A stretch of DNA of 63,937 nucleotides, the filler included, from Lenisia limosa (lineage: Eukaryota > Protista > Breviatea): NCBI GenBank assembly GCA_001655205.1. It is 10 parts of 10 records of this genome, joined end to end, with 100 filler letters (N's around TTAATTAATTAA, not from the genome) between each part and the next. Parts side by side here need not be neighbours in the genome. Positions count along the whole stretch, not along the records: positions 1 to 13,563 come from LPNZ01009679.1; 9 more parts are not named here. One strand, written 5' to 3'. The position numbers and the translations under genes were made by a program. The notes under the pieces are model-generated. The model saw only the letters and a list, made by a program, of their open reading frames with translations, had not been told where the DNA came from and searched no databases. Shown here one piece after another: positions 1 to 13,619 of this stretch; within the stretch, counting starts at the first letter, position 1, and each line of letters begins with the position of its first letter.

Positions 1-3000
1 TATCTAATTCTCAAAACAGGACCAGTGTTAGGTGAATGTCAATTTCTTTTTTCTTTGTCCCCTCTTTGTTCTTTGTACAGACTGTTTCCCATCCCCTTTC
101 CAAGTAGTTAATTCAATACATGTCTTTGTAACCCAAAAGCTCAATTTACTCTTCTTCTTGTTGACTAATATTGTATTTTGTTTGTATGTGTTTATTTCAT
201 CTTTCAATATATTTTATTTTTGTCTTTTCAAAAGGCGCAATTTTTACTGAATGTTGTTTTTTATAAATACATTTATTTATTGTTCTTTCAAAAGGCGCAA
301 TTTTTTTTTGCTTATTATCACAATGTCAAGACGCACAACAAGACAGAATTACCCTACAAGTTCAAAATTATAAGTTACAATATTTCCTAAAAACATGAAA
401 TTAGTATTGTTTTAAAAAATAATCCGATTTAATGGTGTTATACAAAAGCGTTTTTTCATGTTGGGTGGAAAAGCAAAAACTAAAAACAAAAGGTTTTGAT
501 GCATAAATCTATTCGAAGGTTACATTTGCCCTAAAAATTCCAAAAACCATTTAAATTGGGTGGTTAGGAGACGAAGTTACTACATACAAATGCTAAAAGA
601 AACTCCTATAAATTGGCTAACCTGTCAGCTTGTCGAATAAACATAACAATAGCTTCAACAGCCTAAGAATATAAGAAATGTAAAGATCCTAGTTTCAATA
701 GAGACTTGCAAAATAGTAAAGTCTACTGTGGTGCCATAATAAATTGATGTGATTATTCGAAATTTTGTACTTGTAAAAGACACCGGATGTGGGGATGGAT
801 GGAGATTCTTTACCAGATAATGTTGAAGAGTTACTAACTTGAAATAAAAAGAAATTTAAAGAAATTTTGGAAAAAGTAAGGTTGAGTGTACAGTCATAAA
901 GTTTCAACAATCACTCATGGATATTATTTGGGATCGTTGATAAATTATCCAAACGGTATGACGTTGTGATTTGCCATAGGAAATCGGAGATTTAAAGGTG
1001 GAAATTATAATCAACTGCTCCCTTGATTGACACAGAAAGTTAAGCAGCGAAAGATAATTATTAAATATGTATGATTATTTAATTGATACAATCTTCAACA
1101 AACACCAACAAGCTCAGCTACAACAAGTTTTCAATACCAGGAAAAACAAAGATGTTGTTCTCTCTTTGAAATTCAAGTGAATCCTCATTTATAACGTATC
1201 TCCCACTCACAACTGGTACGGAATCGAATATGGACTGTGTGTCGGGTGATGTGGAGGCTCCGAAAGGTGACATGCAATGCTAAAATGTAAGAATGTGGAG
1301 GATTATCAACTATTTGGCTTAAAAAAATGAAATTATTGAAGCCTGCGGTCAAGCGAACCCTGTTTTTCTTCAAGAGTGCTTCGACAATCGGTCTGAAGAG
1401 GTCAACCAGCCTCAAGCCAAACGCCTCCACCAGGAACTGTCCGACAAGGGGCGAAGTTGGCTCATTAAATAACGGAGGAGTGGTGACTAAGACGGTGAGT
1501 GGAAGAGTGAGTGAATAGGAAACGGAAAATAAATGAACTATTTAGGACTCCTGCAAATTATGACGTGGAACATATTGTCACGAGAACCCCATTTCAGAAA
1601 CTTTAATTCAAATTTTGTCAATAATTTCCTCAAAAAAGTAATTGTACAGGTCCCTAGCAGTATAACATGTTTTCAACCCTTTTTTGTCCACCTTGACTTC
1701 ATTCCATGCATTTGATAGAAAAGGCAAAAGCCCCCCCCCCCCCCCCNNNNNNNNNNNNNNNNNNNNNNNNNNNNNNNNNNNNNNNNNNNNNNNNNNNNNN
1801 NNNNNNNNNNNNNNNNNNNNNNNNNNNNNNNNNNNNNNNNNNNNNNNNNTCTAATCCGCCGATAATCGTAAAAAAAAGTCATTATGCAACCCCATCCTCA
1901 CATAAGACTTCTGAGAGGATGTAGCATGAAAGAGCAGTTCTCAAGCTCAGCAACGATCGTGATGCTGCAGAATTAGAAATCCATTCAAATCATCTTTTGG
2001 GCTTTTCAACACTAAACACCCCCATAAGTAGCAATGGTTATTATAATATGCTATTTGAGTGTTATAAAGACGAGTCAATACTCCCCACAACCCCAACACT
2101 CACACCATCACTCCATAATCACAATATTTTTTTAAAACAAAAACATTCTGGACATAGCTCACCAGCGAGGGTTAGAAAGGCTGTGACGAAAGATGAAGAG
2201 GAATGTGTGATGTGATTTGAAACTTGGCGTCTCCGCAGGGTAGTGAAGAGGAGTGTCAAGAGTGAATATGGTCCGCCTTCCTACACCCGGTTGGAGTAAT
2301 CAAGCAAGGTTTGTTTGAGCAATAATTCCAGAAAAGCTTCCAAATAACTAACCCCAATTATTCCACAATGAAAGATATGTAATCTAATCCTATTCCTATT
2401 TTGTTTTCAATAGCACTCAACCTACATTGTTTAGGAGAAGGAAGTTGAGAACCGAGGAATTTGACGTTGAAGGTGACGCCAATATCTTTAAGAATCGTTG
2501 TTCAGCCTGAGCAATCGCAAAGGGGGATGGCTGGTTTGGAAAAGGAAACCATTTCGGTGGCTGAACCGCTTTAAGTTCCATCGGTCACTTGTATTTGTTC
2601 AATATATTTTATTCTGACAATAACATGGTGTCTTAAGGGGTTTTACAATTCTCTATTAATGAGAGAATTCTATGTGAAAAGACTAAGACGCTACATCCTT
2701 TATGTAGGTTTCTAATCGGTTTCTTCTAACTATACTTCTACTTCTATATTAAATATTAATATAATGGTTGCTTGTGGCTTGTGGTTTTGGTAAATACAAA
2801 AAAATCCTGGGGGTCTATGTCACCACTTGTCAGCCAAAAAATACATAAAGGCAAAACTTTTTTGCCTTAGTATATTAGTACATAACTCAACAAAAAATAA
2901 TCCTCAAATTCTCAAATTCAAACAACAGCACAAAAACAATGAATTGAAACTGAATCATATTGAATGCATTCTGTTTCCGTGTGTACCCATTACCTTTGAA

Positions 3001-3674
3001 TATTATTACAATCTGCCTTTCAACCTTTCCAGAACTTCAATCAAACCACCATCCACACCAGACCCAATATATTTTGTCCAGTTTGTACAAATGATAAAAA
3101 ACCTTATTAGAACGAAAACACAATCTCATCGAAGGGATAACAGGCGTCAGGATCACAAGACCTAAGATGTCAGCTTGACGACTTCAACGCACCAGGTTTT
3201 GCTCTAGAAGCAATAAACCCGATAGTCTTACTCTCATAATTTATAAGTACATGTAGTATATATATATCATATATCATATATCATATACATATGATATGAC
3301 AGACATGTATGAAAAGGTATAGTATAGTATGTATGATTCGCAATATCTGATATTATATAAAATGACCATATGATAAGATCCAAACCGAAAGACCCCCCCC
3401 CCCCCNNNNNNNNNNNNNNNNNNNNNNNNNNNNNNNNNNNNNNNNNNNNNNNNNNNNNNNNNNNNNNNNNNNNNNNNNNNNNNNNNNNNNNNNNNNNNNN
3501 NGATAATCATCTTGCCTTGACTGGAGTCGAATGATTCTAGAAAACGTAAAGCAGATGGATTACGAAGACAAACGTAGTGACCTTATTTTGGGAAAGTTCA
3601 TATTCTTGAAATCTCTAAATAAATAAATGTATTTACGGGGTTGATACTCATAAGTTATCCAAAACTAAGGGAAA

Positions 3675-5013
3675 TTATGGTAGTGAATAATTTTGGAGAT
3701 ATGGAACAGCCAATGGTAGCATACCGATCATGCCTGAGAAATGTACTGGCTCGGAACGGACAGGAAGGGTCAAAGAAATAGAGAGCTCCTCGCTCAGGTA
3801 CATAAACACATCAACAACGCCATTTTTGGCGTCACGTACGTCAAATTGCATTGTCAAGGCATTGGAGGTCCAGGCTGCAAAATAATAATTTTTATAAAAA
3901 TGACAACATATATATTGTAATATTTATGAGGGAGGGGTGAATGGAAGCAAGCTGAACTAAATTTTTGCACACCTTGTATTATTATGCCCGTCCTACTTTG
4001 ATCCCCCCATTTGGGGTTGCCGTTGAAGCTGACCATATCCATGACGTTCTTAAGTCCGAAGCCATTGCGGTACACCATAACGTCCACTGTGGAGATCATT
4101 GGAAACAAATAGGGCCAGCAACAAGATTAGCGATGTTAAAAACACACGTACCCCATTCTCCCTCTCACACCAACAAACATTACTATTTCACCCCGCCCCC
4201 CTCCCTCTTTAGAAGAAAAATGTACAGAACCCGTTCAAATTAAGGTTAATATATGTGTAGACGCTGAGGATCAACAAAGTGGAGAGGGAAAAATAAATAC
4301 GTAACTGTTCCAAAAAAAGAATGAGGAAAAGAGCGAAAATTGTCCAACCAACGTCAGCCCCACAAACAGTGAAGAGTTCCAAGAGATTCAGTAGTAGCAG
4401 GAAGGTAGGTAATCTAGGGTATTAGGGCATCTCGAAATCATTATTTAACATGATAGGTTGGTCTTTAGAAATAACAATGACAAGTGCTTCATATCTTGCC
4501 AAAGATATCAAGAAGTATAATAAAATGACTTTGCACGATATGTTCAACATTACAAGAGGAAAGCAATATAACAAAAGAAAAGTCACATACAGTTCCAGTG
4601 GCTTTTTCGCCTTCTTCATCATGTGAGTCCACTTTGACCTCCTGCGAGGTCATGACCGATGACAGGTTGAAGTATTGAAGGGTGTCTAAAGGGTGAGTGC
4701 CATTCGGCAATCCTCATTATACCGTTAGTTTTCCAAAATATTGCAGATATATTCAATGTGAGAAGATCAACGATATCCAAGGCTGCCACAAAAATCATAA
4801 AAAGGACAGGACCCAAATACCAGCACATTCCAAATGAGTCTGGACAGGGCCACCGAGACTGGGGGTGTCCCACTCTAAGCAGCAGTTGCTAACCGCAAGG
4901 CAGCGACGCACTAAGGTGGTCAGGAGGAAAAGATATGGGGGAAACAAACTCGCTAAAGAAGTTGAGAGTGCAGAAAGCACTAATATGAATGAGAGTATCG
5001 TTGGTGTCTTCAT
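3675..5013 (-). CDS. Hypothetical secreted protein, multi-exon
   Basis: ATG at 5013 gives the signal-peptide-like MKTPTILSFILVLSALSTSLA. GT-AG bounded exons follow (..RRCLAVSNCCLEWDTPSLGGPVQTHLEC.., ..DTLQYFNLSSVMTSQEVKVD..), and the terminal exon ..WTSNALTMQFDVRDAKNGVVDVFMYL..NYSLP* ends at 3675. No family recognised; middle exons uncertain. Confidence 0.5.
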
Positions 5014-5266
5014 TTTGATGGACAAAAAAGGACTAGAGGATGGGACCTGGATGAACAAATATAAAACGTAGGCTAAGGGGGTCTAAATTCGTAAACAGTC
5101 AAAATCGTTTTGACTGACAACTACTTTGTTGTTTAACCGCTTGATTGGCACACTCCATCCTTCCATTCTCATTATTTTATATCAATACAAATAGCAAAGG
5201 ATCGAGGATATCGCTAACTTACCTCATTCCTTGAGTACCCCATTTCTGTCAAAAGCAAACATTGAA

Positions 5267-6449
5267 TGATGTCGCCTCCTGTGCAGCGTTATTTAAAAAG
5301 GCTTCCTTCTGTTGACTCATTGAATTTTTCTGATGTCTTTGATTTTGAGAAGCCCGATCCTCCGCCCAGGTTCATCAGCTTGTCCCCGCCAAAATGCACG
5401 GGTTAGTAAAGTCTTTTTTCATCACTTTAGAAACGAAAACAAATCGAAAAACAGGAACCACCGCTTTTAGGCTTAGTGCAACACCTGGTGTTTGTGAATT
5501 TACGTTTGCGGGATCCAAACTTGTGTTTGAGACATTATTGAATCACTTTTCAATGTCACAAACACCGAATGTGTCATAATCCCACTAACTTGTCAATTGA
5601 TTTTCATTTCAATGAAGGTCTGCCTATGACCGACTTCGAACAGTGAGCAACAAAATTGCAAGACTTCAGTCCCCTCCAAGCCAAAGTGAAAATCTTTTTG
5701 GTTTGATAGGATGCGTTAGCTTAGAGATTACAGAATTGAAAAACCGTGTATTTGAGAATTTTTCTTTACTTGTTTACAGACACACATAACACCCAACCAT
5801 CAATTGTTCCATCAGGCCTCTTCAACACGGAGGTTAACAATTTTGCCAGCACTGTGATGGAGTCGGGAGTGTCTTTCGGGAATCAAAATTTTCTGAGTCC
5901 AATTTACTCCATTCCATGTTCTCAGCCACAACAAAGCGATGAATATGTAAGATGGGGTTTATATTCAGTTGACAGGAACTAAGTTGGAATGGCAATCTTA
6001 CCATCAATGGGCTCAGTTTTCATGGTGCACAGGTATTTCAAGGAGCTAATAACGCACCTTCACCTTCGCTTGAAGCAATGTCTGTTAATTTTAATATCAC
6101 AAATACGAACAACACCGTTACTTTCAGCATCACATCAACTCCTATCAATATTACGGTAGGTGGTGGTTGAGGATTTGTTTGATCATTGCTGATTTCCAAG
6201 GCTACTCCACAATGTGGCTATCTTCCAGATCTCTCTATTCCGATTCCTTCTATTGACGAACGCACACCATCCCCTGAACGATCCCCTGAACCAACAAAAG
6301 AAGAACTGAAAAGTAAGCCAGTTAACCAGTGAAGGATCTTATTTGTTGTAGAGCACACTCTCCTAATACTGAGGAAAATGTGCCAAGAGCGAGGAATATC
6401 ACACACTGGGAGGAAAATCGACCTCATCAACAGACTCACATCCTCGTAA
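5267..6449 (+). CDS. SAP-domain protein (C-terminal SAP DNA-binding motif), multi-exon
   Basis: The last two exons splice to EELKKHTLLILRKMCQERGISHTGRKIDLINRLTSS*, matching the SAP consensus LxxLxxxxLKxxxxxRGLxxxGxKxxLIxRL. Upstream exons could be joined in frame by hand from the ATG at 5267; the 5' model is less certain. Confidence 0.7.
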
Positions 6450-6481
6450 ATGGAAAAGCAAGAATAAATTAATACTTGACA

Positions 6482-9400
6482 TTATATTGCGTGTGCATTA
6501 GGACTCAAAGGGGTTTTTGGAGATAGCGAGCTATCAGGGTCATATAAAGGATTGAGCTGGTTGTTAATGCGGGCCCTTCCTTCAAAGAGTTTGTTTTCTA
6601 TAAGGTTAACATCAAGCAACCTCTCCTTTAGATTAATGTCAACCCAAGTAATTGTCACAACAGATTTAGACTTACCATCTTTGTTCCACGACTTATCCCT
6701 GTTGGAAACTTTAAACTTGTTATACTCTGCACGGTCTTTTGCAACCTGTTGAAGTTAGGTATGGGATATAATCAGAAAAATAACTCGATTTTAGCATCAA
6801 TATTTCAGAACAGAAAACAATTTCTCTTTTGATAATAATACTCCTTTGATTTCACTTGTGGGTGTGTGCGACAACGTACCCTTCCAGCCTTGAATACTGC
6901 TGCAATAAGTAGAACTATTCCAAGCCCAAGAAGAACTGTACCACTATATGTGATCAGAATAAAGATTCAGAAGAATCATCAACAAGCTAAGTTTCATCAA
7001 TTGTCACACCTCAAAATAACAGCCTTTTCGGTTGTGATTATTGGCTCTGGAGGAACACATTCCTTTGCAATCGTCTAAATATATGAGTTTACAACTGACA
7101 TATCCATTTGTTTTACCTTTTCTCCGCATCTGTGCTGTTCCAATTGAGTTACACATATATCTTCACACCAGACGCAATCAGACCCCTAAAGTGGCAAATT
7201 AAATTTGTCAGAATATTATCAGAATAAAGCAGTTAAGAAGTTGAATACTTGATTTATCTAGCTGTCTAATTCTTGACTCCATATATGCAGTTTTAAACTC
7301 ACCAGACAGTCTGAGCAACTTGCCACATCACCACAGTCGATAACAATTGTAGCGGCACACTCAGCACTTGCACAGCTCTCACAGTCTTTACCTGTCCATC
7401 CGGAGGCACACTGGCACCTATACACATGATATGTCAGGATAGTTACTGATTGAAATAACGTTCATTTTTGAACAAATGCGAATGCAATTAACAGTAAATC
7501 ACCTCCAACTATTTCATTGGACCCGAGTTCATAGAATTCATAAGAACTCAATAATTGTGATAAATCAAAACAAACAATACCTTCAAGCTCACCTTCCACA
7601 AACACAGTCACCATGGCCATGGCAAACTGTTGTTGTATTCCTGGATCGTAAGATAAGAAAGTCTTATTGTACCTTGCATATCATATCAGAGCATTCGATT
7701 CTTAATTTCTCAAGTGACTCGATTTAAAAGTCAGGTCTACCCAAGCCAACGTTGTTGAATCAAAGGTTTCGAAGCACGGCACAGAGGTGTCACACGAGCA
7801 AGAGTGGATATTTGGTGAAGCAGGGTCAGTGGTAAAGCCCTTGTCACAAATACATGCACCACACTGACACTACATCTGTAACAACACAATACTAACCATA
7901 TAATCTAGGGGTATCTCTCTACTGAGTTCACAAATTTTGATATGTAAGTATCGCTTTCGGCCTACTAGTCCATGCCCTGAGCAATCCAAGGGACACGGCA
8001 AAGTACTGCAGGAACAATCGTCGCCACTCCACTGAGGCGTGCATACACAGGTGCCACAGTTACACGACCCTCTGCCTTGTGCAGCACCACAGTCGTCAAA
8101 TTCTAGTTACAGGTAAATGTATAGAAAAGGTTGTATTTTGGTAATTCTGTGAACATTCAGTATTCACGTATTCAACCAAAGAATACGAAACCCCTCTTAC
8201 CTGTGCAATTTGCAGCCATATTGCATGAACAATCAATTTCAAAGAAGCTCTCATCACATACACATACGCCACAAATACATTCTCCTTTATCAGAACACTC
8301 GCGCTATAGTGTGAGAATTTGCTTCACTTTTTTAGTTTCCCATAAATCAAACCCTCTTAACCAGTGATTGCAACTAAAGTACAAGGTGGGCCAGCTTACA
8401 CCGTCTTTTCCTGAGGGGCAACGGTCACTGCTACAAGAGCAGTCTCGGTGCGTTGTATTGGGATGCTTGTAATCTGGCTCACAGATACACTGAAACCATA
8501 AGCAAGAATTCCAACTGGTTTCCCAAACGCTATTTCAAAACTATTCAATTTCCAACATTCATATCATTACATAATATATATCATGTAAAAAATATATATA
8601 TCATATATTATATGATATATCATATATAATATGCATATTTTATGAAATAATACTTGACACATGATATATGATTCTCTTTCCCACTTCGCCACATTCGCAT
8701 CGCCCATTGCCTGCACATTCCTGTCCTAAGTATGACTGACACTCCAATGCGTGATGACATGTACTAAATGTGTTATTTTTGAGGGTCAATCTTAGAATGG
8801 CGAATGAAATTAGGGTAACTTTTCAGGCAATGCAACATGGAACATTTTATGCGGATTTTCACAGAATATGAGAAAGGATTAAACCACTTTTATAGCATAA
8901 CTGCAAAGAATCCTCTTACCAAGCCTCTCCACTCCAACCCTCGTCACATTTGCATTCTACACAATCCCAAGCCCCATGGCTTCCGCCTGAGAAAGTAAAA
9001 GCACACAAATCACAGTGTAAACCCAAAATATTAAAGGAGATTTTTGAAACAATAATTACACTCATATAAGCAGTATAACACCTAAATGGTCTGGAAATTG
9101 TGTCATATTTCGTTTCATAGTTTAGCCATGCTTACAGTCAATGAGTGGAGTGAGACAGTTACATAATGGTGGGGTGTAGCCCAAGTCACATGCGCAGATT
9201 CCACACTACAAATGTCACGTTCTAGTGTCCGGTTTAGTTTCTTTCAACCAAATGACAAAAGAACCCAACGTACTTCACAAGTTCCATGTCCGAAACAGTT
9301 ATTTTCACACATGGAATCTTCGTCACGACATTCACAGCCTTCACCCTGGTACCCGGGCTTACACAGGCACACACCGCCACACTCGCATGTCCCTGTTGAT

Positions 9401-12400
9401 TTAGTTAGTGGAGTATCGTTCAAGTGTAATTAATTAGTCTATAAACTACCATTACACGCTTACCATTTCCACTACAAGGCTCATTGTTAATTGACGGACA
9501 AGGTTCCTCAAAGCTACATCATTACAGTCTTGCTGGTTTGACCATTAAGAGATGATAATACACATTGATACAGTAATTTATGAGAAAATTTCACAGTAGA
9601 AATTATTGTACGCTGTGGAAATAAGGTAAAGTTGGGCGAATACAATGTATACAGCAGTGTGTACGCAATCTCACCAGCACAGAACAAGATGAAAACATAA
9701 TTAACCCAAATCCAATATTTTACGCGCTATTTCCCCAACCAACCAATCACAGTCAGCACCTGTCCATCCGGGATAACAGACACATTGTCCACACTCGCAT
9801 AGTCCTTTACAGCTCTCCTCACTATATAGTGATCGTCGTGAAGATACAATGACAAGCGAGTATGGGTAGCAACCCAACTATTGTAAAATACACAAAGAAA
9901 TAAATGAAATGTGAAGCTTTGGTAATTTAATCTCACCATGTCAGGGCATTATTGCATTCACAAGAGTCTCCAGAGAATCCTTCATCACAATGACATTCGC
10001 CGCATTCACAGACTCCTTATTGGTCAAATGTAATGGAACCAATTCCCAATGGTCAAATCCAACCCTGCCATTTGAAGAGAATTATACCGCTGTATTCAGT
10101 TTTGACAGAATTTTGTGATATCACTCACCATTTGCATTACAGTTATCAGTACACGGAATATCAAGGCAAGAACAGTCATTGGTCCCTGAAATGGGGTCTT
10201 TCCACGCAAGATCACACTCACACACTCCGCATTTGCACTACACATGTAAGTAATGTCATTTTCCTTTGCTTACATACGCTATTCTGAGCAAGTAATACTG
10301 CACTGGTGTAATACTAATATACATATTACATATTATACTATATCTAGCTTACCGTTCCGTGCTTTTCACATCCTTCAACACAGGAAAGAGAGTCATCACA
10401 TCCACAGTTGTCACCACTGAAGCCGTCTTGGCAGGTGCAGCTACCACACTAAACAAGCAATCAAAAAATTATTGAGATAATTAATTATCAAGAATACGCA
10501 TATCCAGCTATTCATAATTGTAATCAACTTACAATGCACTCTCCACGACCTTGGCAATCATTTTGACATGGGCTTAGAGAGCAATTACATCCATGTTCAG
10601 GCATGGAAAAGCCTGGAGAGCAAACACATTCACCACAAAGACATTGTCCTTGTGATATTTCAGAATTGCAACCCTAGTATGTCAGACATCAAACAAATTC
10701 ATTTGATTCTTGAGATACCCAATTTGTTGGGGAATAGTACAATAAGAAGATTAATTCCTAGAAATGAATATTGTATGTTCCAATACCTACATTTAGTATT
10801 CCATCACATGCTAAAGATGTATCACAGCTACAGTCGCTACCCGAGAACGAAGAGTCACATATGCAGCTGAAGCATCAAAGTCGATCACAAAGCATATGGT
10901 TTCATATGATAGTCTTCAAAAGAAAGAACATCCACTACCATCATTATGGATTATCATACCTTCCACATTCACACGCCCCATTTCCGTTGCAGTCGTTAGG
11001 ACATGCTGCGGTACTGCAATTGCAGTTTGCTCCGTTGTATCCCAATAAACAGCTGCAATGCTGAAACAGTCAGTGGGAGAAATACTTTGTCCTTTTCATC
11101 AATGCGCGTAGTTACAATGATAAGCCCCAATTTATCTCCCCAACGCACATCACAGTCCCACGTGCCGTAACTGCCGCAGTCCAACGGAACAATGTGAGAC
11201 GGGCACATGCAGTTCTCTCCAGCCCATCCCTCACTACATTTACACTCGCCACATTCACACATGCCTGTAGCATTTAGTTGGCGAGAATAATCAAAACGAA
11301 AAAATTATGGATTCATTTAGTGTTTTTGCATAATACAAAAACTCGCCCACCATGTGTGTCGCACCCTTGTAGACATGGAAGAGTTGAACAGTTGCAATTT
11401 GGTCCTTTAAATCCGAAGTCGCAATTACACTGAATGTTTAGAAAACAATCTAGCAAGTGACATATGACTTGTTGTGTAACCACCTAGTTACCTGATTGTG
11501 AAAATAATTTTGTAGTAGGAATATTTCATTTCCTGAAACTAGTATTTTTCATTTTGTCAAATCTTACTTTGCTGCACTCGCAAGTGCCTTGACCAGAACA
11601 ATCATCAGGACATATGTTCTCCAATGGGCTAAAGCAATAACTGCAATTGAATCATAAAATCTGTTGATAGAAAGCCGACATCAACGCTTAGGCTTTCTAG
11701 ATTCTTAAACAGTGGTTGTTATAAAGTGTATTTTTACCAGAAGCCTCAATTATTCCTCCTACCAGGCACAGCTGTCTCCAGTGAATCCAGTATCGTCACA
11801 ATCACACTACAGGGTTAGCATGTTTCTGACCTAAAGTAACCAAAGGGGCTTGCCAATATCAATGGGAAGCCCAGTGGTTAGAAATTTGAAGACTCCAGCT
11901 CACTACGCCACATTCACAGGTTCCTCTTCCGTTACAGTTGTCTTTACATGGGAGAGTGGAACAGTTGCATGCTTCTCCACCCCAATTCTGAGGAGTTAAG
12001 AGTCGTAAGGACTATACGCAAGAAATTCAAGATTTTTCACTCCTTAAAGCCGAGTCCACTCAAATTGCGAAAACAATGTTTTATTTGGAATTTATCCCAC
12101 TTTTCCGTGGAACATTGCAAGAAATATGCACGTTTTTGAGCCAACTCCAAGAGAATTGGAAAATATTAATATTTTGTCATTTTCTAGGTATTAACTTTTC
12201 CTGAAATATTGTTGAAATCGTAGTTTTTAATTCTAAAATCACCCATAGAAAGTGCTAAATTCCATTAATTTAGATGATGATTTCACAAAGCGGTGTAAAA
12301 CAAAGACATTACTGTGCCATATAAAAGAATTCAGCTACTAATCATAGAAACGATTAAACTTAAAGTTATACATTTGTCCACCCCAGATCAATAATTGTAT

Positions 12401-13459
12401 AATTCTGTACACAAAATTTAAGTAGACTCAGGCTGTAAAACTGAGTCTCTGGCATTTACTTTGGTAAAACAAACATCAAGGTATCAAGTTGATAACGCAA
12501 CTATCGCAATGAAGATTTTCATACCACATTGCAAAGGCAAGTGTCACAGTTGCAAATGCCATTTCCACTGCATTGCAAGCCTTCGACTTGGGGACACGTG
12601 CTCCCGTCCGGACAAGAACAGTCGTCTGAAACCGTCCATCCTAGTGGGTTGTTAGCTGCCAAGAAGTATTTCCCTGAGAGTAGTTTTAGTCCAAACACTG
12701 AAAACATCTGCAAATAAAGTACCGTGCTAGTTGATTTGAGCAATAATTTTGGTGTCAAGAATCTATCTATCCATCATCCTACCCGCAGGACAGCTGCATT
12801 GGCCACAGTCGCATTCTCCTTTTCCATTACACACCCCATTTGCAGTTGTTGGACACGGGAGAAGACTACAGGAGCAATCATCACCAGACCACTCGGCTTC
12901 GCATTGGCATGACTGTAGCGTAAAGTGAATATCTGTTTATGACAAGAATTGGACCCATTATCCTGTTTAACAACATATATTCAGTCCTTTAAACAGCAGT
13001 GTTTATAGCATAGCCCACCTACCCCGCAAATGCATTTACCATGGTCCTTTCCTCCACACTCCAAGCCATCACTTGATGGGCATGTTGACGCCTTTTGGTA
13101 AAAAAGTTATGAGGTTAGCTGTATTAAACAAGAATATGTAAATGATAGGCTTATAATATATAGCCGTTTTTGGTTTTACGCTTACTCCATTACAGAGGCA
13201 ATTGTGCCCTGTCCAAGGTTCCTCACAGAGACAAGCTCCACATTTACATACTCCTAAATATATTCAGACGCATGTTAAATACAAGTCAAACATGGTAGTG
13301 AAAGGGTGATATAGTCCCACAGATGAAGCTCTGTTTCCCCAAGTGATTATATCCATTCATACCATTTCCGTTGCAATCACCTGGACAGGGGAAAATACTG
13401 CAGTTGCATGCTGCACCAGTCCATTCCAATTCACAATCGCATACACCACAATCACAGGT
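6482..13459 (-). CDS. Integrin-beta-like type I membrane protein with about 22 integrin/tenascin-type EGF repeats (5' end beyond scaffold)
   Basis: More than 30 short exons encode repeated CxCGxCxC..[WFY]xGxxCxC units (e.g. TCDCGVCDCELEWTGAACNC, CECGECKCSEGWAGENCMC). These are followed by a Cys-rich juxtamembrane segment, the TM helix AVILSGTVLLGLGIVLLIAAVF (exon 6880-6943) and the tail KAGRVAKDRAEYNKFKVSNRDKSWNKMERLLDVNLIENKLFEGRARINNQLNPLYDPD..NAHAI* (exons 6676-6745 and 6482-6625; NPLY at 6542-6553). Confidence 0.8.
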
Positions 13460-13607
13460 CTAAATTGTAACATCGTATATTATTGCATACAATATCAAAG
13501 AAGAATAATATAATGTGAAGACCATACATACACCGAAGCCAACATATCAATACATACTGAATANNNNNNNNNNNNNNNNNNNNNNNNNNNNNNNNNNNNN
13601 NNNNNNN

Positions 13608-13619
13608 TTAATTAATTAA
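13608..13619. other. Artificial scaffold-joining linker (TTAATTAATTAA, stops in all six frames, flanked by 44 N each side)
   Basis: The identical 12-mer between N runs also occurs at 20813-20824, 25301-25312, 29807-29818, 44795-44806, 50493-50504, 54622-54633, 61618-61629 and 62825-62836. Confidence 0.97.

Noticed and set aside
520-1060. Decayed GTPase-like or viral-like coding remnant (..NFVLVKDTGCGDG..)
   Set aside because: All frames are interrupted by stops, no P-loop was found, and the resemblance is too weak to support.
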